Part shown: one piece after another, positions 37,846 through 50,053 of the stretch | Layout: each line of letters opens with the position of its first letter | Position numbering within the stretch: position 1 is the first letter of the stretch | DNA from: Eledone cirrhosa | Taxonomy: Eukaryota | NCBI GenBank assembly: GCA_964016885.1 | Contig: OZ024744.1 | Span: forward strand, 57,040,001 to 57,104,000 | Direction of reading: 5' to 3' | DNA length: 64,000 nt | Notes under the pieces: generated by a model | Told to the model about the DNA's origin: nothing | Database searches by the model: none | Seen by the model: only the letters and a program-made list of their open reading frames with translations | Translations under genes and position numbers: made by a program

Positions 37846-38419
37846 TGTGTATATATATGTTCATGGTCAGCGACTAAATTGGCAACCTCACCACTTGCTT
37901 ACTGAGGAGGGTGAATTTGGACGAAAAACAAAACCCATCAAAGGGCGGAGTATCTTGGGAGTCAACAGCCAAAAATAAATTTTTTTTTTCTTTTTTTGGT
38001 AACCGAGAGACTCCTAGTCTTCATTAAGACATCTCTCTAAGAGAAGGTCACTCTGATATAAAACCTGCGGCTTCATTTGCATCCAATGATGTAGATCAGT
38101 TGTTCTTTTTGGACAAATGTATTTGTTGTTCGGAGAGTGGGATTAGTGCCTTGCAAAGCCTTTCCTTGCTTAAAAAAAGCTTCAAGCCCAGGCATCTCTT
38201 GATGTGACATTTTTTGTGGTGTATGGCATTGCTGGCTATAGGCAAGTCCCAAGCAGGACTAAAAAGCCCCGTCCGTGATGCTCATGCTTAAATATCAAGC
38301 AACGGCATTACTTGAAATCGAGTTGCAGCCATCATGTATGTATATGTGTATATGTATGAATCATCACCTTTTAACATCCATTTTTCCATGCTAGCATGGG
38401 TTAGGCAGATTGTCTTAAT

Positions 38420-39925
38420 GATAATAATAATAATAATAATGAAATTATTGTGTAAAGTGCTCAGGTGCACTACAACTCGTCAATATAGTACATAGAATAA
38501 TACACAAATGCCAGGGAAGTACATGTTTGTATGTGTTAGCTGTAGTGTTGGCGGATCTCGGGAAGCATGGAGGCCTTAAAGGATGCAGCGTCTCGACAGC
38601 TAACAACTGATGCAGGTAGTTTGTTCCATGCTTCAGCAACTCTGAGCGTGAAAAAATGTTTCCGAAAGTCATGGGAACTGTGCTGTTTTCTTACTTTGTG
38701 GGCATGTCCACGTGTGTTAGACACATGGAAATCGAAAAGGCACTCAGGGTTGTTGTTGGCAACATGGTTAACAATTTTGTGGGTGTTTACCAAGTCAGTT
38801 GCCAGGCGTCGGAGCTTCAATGAATCCATGCCCAGGGAAGCAAGGCGATCAGAGTATGGTAGATGCCTGATGGAGGGTATTCGCTTGGTTGCACGTCTCT
38901 GAACAGTTTCCAGGCGGTCAATGTCCTGAGCAAGATAGGGGTTCCAGACTGGTGATGCAAATTCTAAGTGTGGTCGCACCATAGCTGTATACAGCCTTAA
39001 ATAGATATCTGGAGAGCGGCTGACAAAGGTCTTGCTGAGTGATGCTAAGACACCCTCGGCCCTCTTGACAATTTTAGAGACGTGCCTCGTCCAACGCAAA
39101 TCGCTGCTGACCGTAATGCCCAGGTCACGTTCACAGGAAGACTTCTTGATATTAGTGCTGTGGAGGGAATATGTGGACGCTGGGTTTTTACTCCCAAAAT
39201 GCATGGTGGTGCACTTGTCCACAGCTAGCTTGAGTTGCCAGTCTGAGATCCACTGTTGCATTGTGTCCAGGTCAGACTGCAAGCAAGATCTATAGTGTTC
39301 AGGATCTGTCCTTTTTATCTCAAGGTACAGCTTGATGTCGTCTGCGTACTTTAGTACTGTGGCATTCCTTAAGTTGGCATCTATGTCATTAATATATGCC
39401 ACAAACAAAAGGGGGCCAAGAACAGATCCCTGAGGTACACCAGATGACATCTCATATGGTGAGGAATGCTGTCCCAGAACCGTGACTACCTCTCTTCGAC
39501 TGAGAATGAAGGACTTCAACCAGTTAAAAAGATCATCCTTCACACCCATTGCAGAGAGTTTTGCCATAAGCCTTTTGTGCGGCACAGAATTGAAGGCCTT
39601 CGCAAAGTCAAGGTAAACAACATCCACCCATGAGCCGCCATCAGTGATCCGGGTGATGTCCTCAAGAAACTCTATAAGTTGATCACAGCAGCTGGAGTTG
39701 GGGATAAATCCAAATTGCGAAGGCCGGATAAGACTGTGAGAGCTCCAGAAGTTCCAAAGTGTTTCTCTGACACAGGATTCCATCAGTTTGGCGATACAAC
39801 TAGTAAGACTGACTGGACGATAGTTCACAGGTGATGTGCGGTCACCCTTTTTGAACAGAGGAATTACACTGGCAGTTTTCCACTGTTCTGGAGTAGCACT
39901 GTTGTTCAGACAGAATTGGAAGAAG
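38420..39925 (-). mobile_element. 5'-truncated young CR1 copy with uninterrupted RT ORF, nested in an RTE-tailed SINE
   Basis: ORF 38536..39828 (430 aa) differs from 14220-15607 only by scattered substitutions; the flanks 38365-38418 and 39926-39970 rejoin into the SINE sequence seen at 31770-31850. Confidence 0.95.
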
Positions 39926-42498
39926 GAGACAAGTCAGATCAGATGACTGTCTTGCTCATAAAGAACCATTTCGAACAGGTATTGGCTTCCAATATATATA
40001 TATGTGTGTCTGTGTGTCAAAGGTCTGTACCTTATTTTAAAAATCAATTTACAATTGGTATTAAGGAAGAACATCTAGCCTTAGAATTCTGCCTCAAGCC
40101 ATGCTAGCATAAAATGAAGGGAAAAATTCATAAGTAAAGAGTGATGACAGCCACCACATTGCTGAAGAAGACTCTAAATAGTGAGCTGAAAAATGTAAAA
40201 TAAAATGTTTTCAGTAAACATGAAAAGCCATTATGACATAGTTGGAAACACAGAAATATCAATAATAGGGTGTGGTGCGACATTGAAAGCAATCGCTTTT
40301 ATTGATTTCTGGTTTTAAACAAGTTTGATGAGGAAAGTTTCTTTAATACTCACCACACCAGCTTCCAATATTCATATCAAAGCTTTTAACAAAAACTAGC
40401 TTCTATATTTCTGTCTGGTGAATAGATGTCGTGTTTTTAATAAACTAGTCTTTACATACATCTTTTTTCTTTTTTTTTTTGTTAAATGTATCTTTGTCTT
40501 ACCTACATAAGATTTGATGCATTCTTACAAAAAATTCTGGGAACTGCTTGCTTATAACCAGCCCCTATGGCATACCTTCTTCCATAAACACACAAAATTC
40601 TCACTAGAGATACACATCCAGAGAGCAGAAACCAAATGTGAGCTCTGCAATACCTCCTCAGCTGGTATTCTAAAGAAATCCACTGACCACATGTGCTATA
40701 CATGTGTGTTCACTACTTCCATGGTAGAATCAAACTTAGATCAACCATCAAAAATCAAATAGTTGCAGTTACAGTCTTCATTGACTACCTATGGGTGAAC
40801 AACTAACTACAAGCATTTGGGATAGGTCTCCAGTTTATGTATTCCATCTTCCCACCAATCTTAGGCCTTTGAGAAGGTCGTGATTTTCAAACAATTTTTT
40901 AAATCAAGAATTTGGAGGGATTTAGCAAAATAAACCTTTCTTACTTGGCTAAGCATTATAATAAAAATATAAAATAGCATAGATCACATAAGCTCTTGAT
41001 ATGAACTGTTGGTTATTAATGTATCTACTTCTGTTGAAATCAGGTATACACTTTTTTTAATTTTTTTATTTTTATAGAAAAGGCACCAAATGGATCTCCC
41101 CTTTGTATTTCAGGTTTAATCTTATTGCTACCTGTTTATTTAGATGTAAAATTGTGAAGTAGCATATAACTTGCAAGGCATTTTTCTTTCTAGAGATATA
41201 GGTTAACAAAGGACTTGAGTATCCATTTTGCCTCAGGATGTTAAGAGACCTTTAAATGTTTTAATTTCTTTTTTAAACATACTAATCACATGACAAGTAT
41301 AAAGTCAAATGCATTTACAAAAAAGTGCTGGGTTGATTATGATTTTGAACTTGATAGCATGGTATATTAAGTACATACAGCTCTTGTGTTTTTCATATAC
41401 ATAGACCCTGAGATATGATGTATTTATTCATACATATAGACAAGATACATACACATGGAAAAGACATATAGGTATGGACTCGCAGGCATGGACTCACTGG
41501 CAAAGACATAAGCATATAGGCACACACACACATACAAACACAGACATAGACATTCACAAACACTCACATTGATATGCAGACACACACACACACAAGCTAC
41601 TTTAATCCCTTCTACACCAACCCAGCACACCACACTTCTAACCATACAAGTTACATAGACACAGATGCATACGCACAGGCACTTTCACATAAATACATAT
41701 ATATATAGCCACATAACACATATATTAGATACATTCACATAGCTAAGGCAAACACATGCACCAGATACATAGACATATGAACAAGGCAATGCCAGTGTAC
41801 TGACAGGCAGGAGAGAGTGCTAAAAGTCATTGAAGTCCTGTGCACTCTCTTTCTTTCTGCATAGACAAGATTCTTATATGCAATGTTTCCTAAATTTGTT
41901 TATAATACTGATATTGTTAAATACATTCTCCCTTGAACACCCAAAGGAGTAAACGTTTTGGCTTCCATATTTGAAAATAAGACAAAGAAACCACATGCAC
42001 TATTTTCTACAGAAGGTTTGTCTGTTTTAAATTATCGACTTTATTGCCTCTACTAAAGCTTCCTATATTATCAAGGATTAATCACATTAACTCTTACCAT
42101 ATTTCTAATTAAAGACACTGCCTATGATTTTCAAACAATTTTTAAAATCAAGAATTTGGAGGGATTTAGTAAAGTAACTTTCTCATTAACTATCTGGTGT
42201 TTGAGGCATAACTTAACAAAGGTTCTTATATAGAATTATGATGGAAGGTATAAGGTAAATATAAGCTCTTTAAGCGAGCAGTTGTCTATTGTAGTACCAA
42301 GGGACAGATTTAGGTTGTTAGGCATCGAAAAAGGTTGATAGTAAATATTGAAAAACGGAGAATAAAAGTGTTAAAATATTTCCATGATGTTGTGCAGCTA
42401 AATGGATACTCAGTCTTTTAATTTGGCTACAATCTAAAACGGAATCCAGAAACCAATGAAAGTTTGATTGATTTCAATATTCATACATATTATTACTG

Positions 42499-42765
42499 TG
42501 AAGGCATGTGGCTTAGTGCTGAGGGTGTTTATTTGGGTTGTGATCATACGGTTCAAGTTCTGGGTTTGGTTGTGATTATATGATTTGAGTCCAGGGTTGG
42601 GTTCTGATCATACAGTTTGAGTCCTAGGTTGGGTTGCAATCATATGGTTTGAATCCTGGGTTGGGTTGCGGATCATACAGTTCGAGTCTAGGGTTGGGTT
42701 GTGATCATATGGTTTGAGTCCTGGGTTGGGTTATGATCGTATGATTTGGGTCCCGGGTTGGGCTT
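42499..42765 (+). repeat. SINE head followed by seven 32-bp tandem repeats containing B-box-like motifs
   Basis: TGAAGGCATGTGGCTTAGTG then TTGGGTTGTGATCATA(C/T)GGTT(C/T)GAGTCCTGGG x7. Confidence 0.85.
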
Positions 42766-43106
42766 TGGCATCTAGAATTTTTTTTATTTCATTTCGTAAT
42801 CTTTATTAATGAGGCTTTCTTTCTTCAAAATTTAATGGTAGCTTTCATGATTCTATTTTATATTTTTACTAATTTTAATTCTTAATATTTGTTTGTCTTT
42901 AAACTGTTAAAATAATTGACTGCTCACTTGATTCATTGAATTAACAATTTTGTTTCATTATTCTTGATTAACTAAATGCTTCAATTTATTAATAAAAATG
43001 TTTCTGAATTGTTTGTATTCTCCTGTTTAGGACACACCGTGGAATCATGTCCTACCTGGTGCTCTAATTTTCTCTCTTCACAACTTTTCTGTGGATATTT
43101 TTACAT

Positions 43107-43306
43107 TTAACCCTTAATGTCCTGTACCCTATGAAACCTCATTAGCAAGTATAAAAAAGCATTATGACTGCATCACATTTGAAAATTATTGTCCTTACTC
43201 TATTGTTGCAAAATTTCACAATCTATCCACTAGTAAAGATTGTTTGAATTAACTAATCAGTTTTTAAATATTTTATGCTAAATCAACACAGGATGTTAAG
43301 AGTTAA
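43107..43306. mobile_element. TTAA-flanked MITE family 2 (piggyBac-like)
   Basis: TTAACCCTTAATGTCCTGT ... ACAGGATGTTAAGAGTTAA; related copies near 220-474, 23690-23960, 56540-56910, 61420-61570 and 61915-62270. Confidence 0.7.
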
Positions 43307-43338
43307 CAAATATAAGGTTAGATAAATGCTTGGTTTAT

Positions 43339-43394
<56 letters not shown>

Positions 43395-44206
43395 TAAGCT
43401 TATGAAGAGCAGCCAGCAGCTATTGCTTGCATATTAAGCCCTGTTTGATTTTGAAACCAAGATACATTGTGCTCTGGCATTTCATAAGAGGCAACTAAAA
43501 ACATTTGCACCAGGAAGGACATCTGGCTGTAAAACATTGTTTCAAAGCATCCTATCCAACCCATACCAGCATGGAAGAAGTGGACATAAAAACGATGATC
43601 ATGATTATTCTGGCTGGATGGCATTTCTATCCCCATCCACTTTACAATGTGGTCTGGGTATATTTTATCATGCCACCAGCACAAGAGAGATCATCTGTCT
43701 ACATTGTGTCAGTTTTAATTTGGAATGGTTGTTCTTCTAGGAAATGTATTTATTACAATAATTCTCTTTTAAAATTTATTAATTCATTGTTAGTTAATTA
43801 GTTTTTGTTACATGTTTTGTTTGATGTAAAAACTAAGATTTATATTTTGTTAGTAAATCTGTGAAAAGAATAACATGAATTGACAGAACTATTAAAGCAT
43901 CAGACAATTTTCTTAATGTTCTGAGTTTAAATCACACCTTCATCCTTCCAGTTTTGGTAAACTGGAGTATCAGTCAAGTACTGCTGTTTACTTCCCCTGA
44001 AATTGCTAGCCTTGTGCCTAAATTAAAAACAATTGTTAAGCCCTTAAAAAAAGTTTTTTCTTTTAAAGAAATTAGGAAATTAAACATTGCTTGCAAAAAA
44101 AAATCACTCTTCTAAGTTGAAGTCATAAAAACTTAAAAATTGTTTAGATTCTAAGTATGTGTGGGGTACATTATGTATTACAATAAACATGTATTTCTCC
44201 TTTTAG

Positions 44207-44353
44207 CTACAAAAAAGAAAAGGCAAAGAAAAACCGCTTCTACGAAGAAAATCAGAATTACCACACGATATGACAACATTAAAAGCTTTGGAAACTCACA
44301 AGCGACCTGAAGAATTTCTGTGTTCAGCAACTGAGCAACAAGCTGCTAATTGA
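44207..44353 (+). CDS. PPP2R5D: PP2A B56 terminal coding exon: [48 protein letters not shown]
   Basis: ctccttttag/ acceptor; matches the B56delta/gamma3 tail [25 protein letters not shown]; TGA at 44351-44353. Confidence 0.96.
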   Translation, partial: LQKRKGKEKPLLRRKSELPHDMTTLKALETHKRPEEFLCSATEQQAAN

Positions 44354-44656
44354 CTGCTTACAACTGCGTATGGGAAGTAGTTCAAGGCTAGTTAGACAAC
44401 GGTACTTCCTCTTGTCACATGTATTGTATATTGCTGATCTGTGTGGTGCATGCTTGTTACTTACTGGGTATTTCACAAGTAAGTGGCTTAGCCAATACAG
44501 ATTGCAGCTTAAGGAGTAGAGTTGGATTCAACATTTACTTCTTAGGTCCTAAACATGAAAATTTAATTTATGAGTGTATTATTTTGAAGACTTCTGTCAC
44601 ACACAGACAAGAATTGTTCAACAGGACACTTGTGCATGGTTTCAAATTGGCTAGTT

Positions 44657-44692
<36 letters not shown>

Positions 44693-45029
44693 GGTTAAAA
44701 AGAAAAATAAATTTAAAAGATTTTCCCTTCTCCACCCCTCTCATATAGCTCAGTGAAAACATGTCTATTGGCCTTATCTACCACATTATTAACTCTAGAA
44801 GGCACAAGCTTTAGTATTTTTCTTTTGGGTTTCTTCCAAAAAGTTCAGAAAAAAAAAGTATAAAAAAAAGTAAAAAAATATATATATATATATATTCAGA
44901 TTTAGGAATTTTTTCTGTACAGTTATTAATCATTATTCTAAATTATTTCGTTAATTTAAGATTTAGGATTTTTACATGTCATTTATGGAAAAAATACCCT
45001 TTTCAATAGATAAGGATTGTGTGTATGTA

Positions 45030-45060
<31 letters not shown>

Positions 45061-45465
45061 GCACATTAAAAGATTTTTTAAAAATTCCTTAAAAAAAAAA
45101 AAGGAATTGATAAATATTGATTGAATATTGATTATTTGGGGATGGGGGGATGGAACAACTCATTAAAGTGTTGATACATTTTTAATATGTGCTTTTCCTT
45201 TGTACATCTGAAGGTGAAATTGTTTTGAGTCTGTTAGAATTGCATGTCTTTTTTTTTTTTTTTTTCGAAAAAATTCTCTATACACACACACACACACACG
45301 CACACGACTAAACACATATACCCACACTGACAGAAACCAATAGTTTAGTTTATTATTAAAGAAATTATTATTATGGTTCACCACAAATGTATGGGTTGAT
45401 TTAAAGACCCCAAAAGATCCATTGGTGCTGCTATCACTTGACCTGAACTTTATATATGTTGTGTG

Positions 45466-45506
<41 letters not shown>

Positions 45507-45519
45507 AGACACAGACACA

Positions 45520-45567
<48 letters not shown>

Positions 45568-45956
45568 ATAAAAGTATAAACAATATATGACAGGACATAT
45601 CAATTAAGAAACAAGCTAGTATTCTGTACAAATATATAGGACAAATGTACAAAATAGATTTTCTCAATTGATATATCCTGTTATATATTGTTTGTACTTA
45701 TATTATAGATGCTCTAAACTGAAGTCTGTTGAGCTTTATACTAAGAAATATTATCAATATATATTTTATATGTATTGATTAAACCTAAAATTACCTTTAT
45801 ATATATAGATATATATATATATACACAGAAATATCCACGATAAGTTGTGGGGTCTAGTCTGCATGAAGAACTCAATGTAATCCATATGTTGAAAATGTTG
45901 TAGGTTAAAATAAATCCCGGAAAACAATAAAACATCAAAAGGAAAACAGAGTCATG

Positions 45957-46213
45957 ATATAAGTTAAAACAATGAAATAAAAATTCAAGTCATTAGGAAT
46001 ATACTTCACTGCTTTATGATCGTTTCTAGGTGATAATAATTCATCGTACGCATATTTTGTTATAAATATATTCCTTATTTGATATTTTGTAAGTAACCTT
46101 ACATAGATCGATAACGATGTGTACGATGTATTATTATCACCTAGAAACGATCGTAAAGCAGTGAAGTATATTCCTAATGACTTGAATTTTTATTTCATTG
46201 TTTTAACTTATAT
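45957..46213. repeat. 97-bp near-perfect inverted repeat with 63-nt spacer
   Basis: 45957-46053 versus 46117-46213, three mismatches by eye. Confidence 0.95.
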
Positions 46214-46670
46214 ATATATATACACACACATACATACACACACATACCTTGGATGCTTTTGTGTAAACATAATAACCAGTTGGCAGCCCACTTGTCCAAA
46301 ATTTAAAAAAGACAAATTTAAAAAAAAAAAGCATTTTTCTTCCAAGAGTTCCTACCATTCAGCACCCCCATTAGTGGGGTAGGGTGGAGGGGAAGAGTGC
46401 ATTTTATGTTTACCTTACAAATTTAGGCTTCATACTGTTAGGTTATATACAATACATGTGACTGTGCCTACTTGCTACAATTGTTGTACACTGGACCAAA
46501 AAAGAAAAAAATGTTAATAATCTGACCAAAACTGCAGCAACTTTAAGCAATTTTTTTTTTTTTCAAAATCTATTTCATAACCCTAAATCCATAAGTTGCA
46601 GAGATCTTAATGATTGATGTTATGTCATCAATTATTGAATTTATAATTATTATAACAACTATAATAATAA

Positions 46671-46702
<32 letters not shown>

Positions 46703-47555
46703 TCAAATTTTTAAGTTTTAACAGTGGTGGTTGCTATTTAATAAACTTTCCTTTGCCAAAGTGTACAAGATACATTTCAACAGCTGTTATTGGACCTATT
46801 TTAGAATTAGGAAAGATCAATTTGTTTCATAGATTCTACATTTTCAATCATTTTTTTGTAACTAAAACTTTTAACAAACAAGGCTATATATTACTTCAAA
46901 ATAATTCTTTATAGCCCCCCCCCCCCCCTCATTTCTGTTAATTATTAACAATATTATTAATGTTGAAAAGTAATTAAAAAATATATATATTTAGAGTAAA
47001 TTATTTCACCCTAATTTAAATAAATTTCTTGTCTAACATGCACTGCCTATATTGGAAAAATAGCAAGCAAAATATATCAATTGATGTGTTTTAATATAGT
47101 CACTTTCAACAGTTCTCAGAATATTCTTTGTAGAGAAAGTTTCCTGCTATTATGTAAATTTCCAATACTCTTCTACCTATCTGTTCCAACCTACAGGCTG
47201 TCTGGTATAGACTGAATTAATCATTTTTTTTTTCGTAAATGCATCTGTTGCATTTATTTTGATCCAGAATAAACTCACACATACACATAATAATAATGAT
47301 ATATAAATATTATATAATATATATTTATCATTATCATCACCGTTTGATGTCCATTCTTCCACGCTAGCATGCTTTTTTTTTGTTGAGACACTTACACAAT
47401 CAATTTACAGTAGGAGGGACACACACACACACACACACTGTCTATAAGCTTCAGCTTGTACCCATGGGACATCGGGTCTAATGTATTACTGTGTAACGTC
47501 AGAGGTCTCGGATATTATGATATATAATTTATATATGTATACATACACTTACACA

Positions 47556-47726
47556 CACAGTGGCCCATAAGTCACTTCTTCAATGTTTTTTGTTTTGTTA
47601 ATGTTTTAAGTATGATGCCATCGTGAATTTTTTCCATAAATTCTCATGTACCATTTTAAATAAAGGAATTAAAAATCTTAACTATTTGCAAAAATGTTAT
47701 TAAATTTAGATTTATGGGCCACTCTG
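47556..47726. mobile_element. Small Tc1-like MITE
   Basis: AGTGGCCCATAA (47559-70) and TTATGGGCCACT (47712-23) inverted ends; right end followed by TA. Confidence 0.55.
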
Positions 47727-47728
47727 TA

Positions 47729-47759
<31 letters not shown>

Positions 47760-48570
47760 ATTTACATATAATATATATATATCAACAGTCGATCGACTTT
47801 CGCCAAATCGGACCGAGAAAACAATGTTTCCATTGGTCTTTCTAATTGCTAATACTATCTATCAGTTGCAACGCCAGGTAGAAGGAGTAACGTGAAATAA
47901 AGTGTCTTGCTCAAGGACATAATGCATCCGCCAGTCCAGGAATCAAACTCACAACCTTACGATTGTGAATCCAATTCTCTAGCCACTCAGCCATATAATA
48001 TAATATATATATATAATCATCATCATCATCATGATAAAGCACCATAGCCAGTAAAAGAATTGGGTGTAAAAGGTTCAGCAAGCTAGTATCTCTGCTAACA
48101 CCAGAGGGATTTTTTCTCTGAGCAATGTAGAAAAGTGGACGTAAAATGATGATGATATATATACATATATATATATATATATGTATATATATTTATATAT
48201 ATGTGTATATATATATATATATATATGTTCATTTTCATTCATTTCATTTTACGTCCGCTTTTCCCTGCTTGCAAGGGTGGGACGGGAACTGATTCTGGCT
48301 TGATTTCTACAGCTGGATGCCCTTCCTAACACCAACCTCATTTACAGTGAGTGCTCGGTGCTTTTTTGCTGTGACACCTAAACGTCCACTTTGCAGTGGA
48401 ATGATATGGACCCCAGTCCCTATCATCTCATTATCTACAGCTGAGTAAACTGGAGCAATGTGAAATAAAGTGTCTTGCTCAAGGAAACAACACATCACCC
48501 GGTCTGAGAATTGAACTCACAACCTTTCGATTGCAAGGCCAATGCTCTAACCACTAAGCCATGTGCCTCC

Positions 48571-48921
48571 ATGTATATATATATGTGTATATGTATATAC
48601 ATGTATATGTATATATATATATGTATATGTATATCTATATATGTATATATATATATATATATGTATATGTATGTATATATATATATGTTTATATATATGT
48701 ATATGTATGTATATATGTATATATATATATGTTTATATATATGTATATGTATGTATATATGTATGTATGTATATATATATGTATGTATGTATATATATAT
48801 GTATATATATATATATATGTGTGTGTATATATATATGTATATATATATGTGTGTGTATATATATATGTATACATATATATGTATATATATATATATATAT
48901 ATGTGTATATATATATATGTG

Positions 48922-48954
<33 letters not shown>

Positions 48955-48955
48955 G

Positions 48956-48986
<31 letters not shown>

Positions 48987-48989
48987 GTA

Positions 48990-49050
<61 letters not shown>

Positions 49051-49159
49051 GTATATATATATATATATGTATATATATATGTATATATATATATATATGT
49101 ATATATATATGTATATATATATGTATATATATATGTATATATATATATATATGTATATA

Positions 49160-49198
<39 letters not shown>

Positions 49199-49211
49199 AT
49201 ATATATATGTG

Positions 49212-49254
<43 letters not shown>

Positions 49255-49277
49255 GTGTATGTGTATGTATATATGTG

Positions 49278-49308
<31 letters not shown>

Positions 49309-49343
49309 GTGTATATATATATATATATGTATATATATATGTG

Positions 49344-49375
<32 letters not shown>

Positions 49376-49675
49376 TATGTGTATATATATATATGTGTGT
49401 ATATGTATGTGTATATATATATATATATGTGTGTATATGTATGTGTATATATATATATATATATATGTATATGTATGTGTGTATATATATATATATGTGT
49501 GTGTATATGTATGTGTGCATATATATATATGTGTGTATATGTATGTGTGCATATATATATATATGTGTGTGTGTATATATATATATATGTGTGTGTGTGT
49601 ATATGTATGTGTATATATATATATATATATATGTGTATATGTACGTGTATATATATATATATATATGTGTATATG

Positions 49676-49762
<87 letters not shown>
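48571..49762. repeat. 1.2-kb TA/TG microsatellite
   Basis: Read directly; source of the 340-420 aa pseudo-ORFs. Confidence 0.98.
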
Positions 49763-49957
49763 TAAATAAAAGGGTTTAATTACCTTGTTTTCTTGTTGGA
49801 GATTTCTCATCTCTGTGAATTTATTTAATAACAATACTTTCACCAGTGAGGCCTGTCTGTCTGTGTGTCATCCAAGAATGTGTTTTTCATATACTTGTGT
49901 GTGTATATATATATATATATGCTAGCATGGAAAAATGGATGTAAAACGATGATGATT

Positions 49958-49993
<36 letters not shown>

Positions 49994-49998
<5 letters not shown>

Positions 49999-50053
49999 TT
50001 GTCTTTGGACACACACACAATATATATTGTGTGTGTGTCCAAAGACAAGTTTT
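49994..50053. repeat. Perfect 60-bp palindrome
   Basis: AAAACTTGTCTTTGGACACACACACAATAT|ATATTGTGTGTGTGTCCAAAGACAAGTTTT. Confidence 0.95.

Noticed and set aside
43031-43117. Possible exon after tcctgtttag (DTPWNHVLPG...)
   Set aside because: No B56 similarity, no good donor, and it runs into a MITE; an acceptor alone is not enough evidence.
48495-49843. ORFs of 340-420 aa rich in Y/I/C/V/M/H/T (also 3921-4921, 21680-22290, 24721-25023)
   Set aside because: Translations of TA/TG/CA microsatellites, which lack stop codons in all frames.
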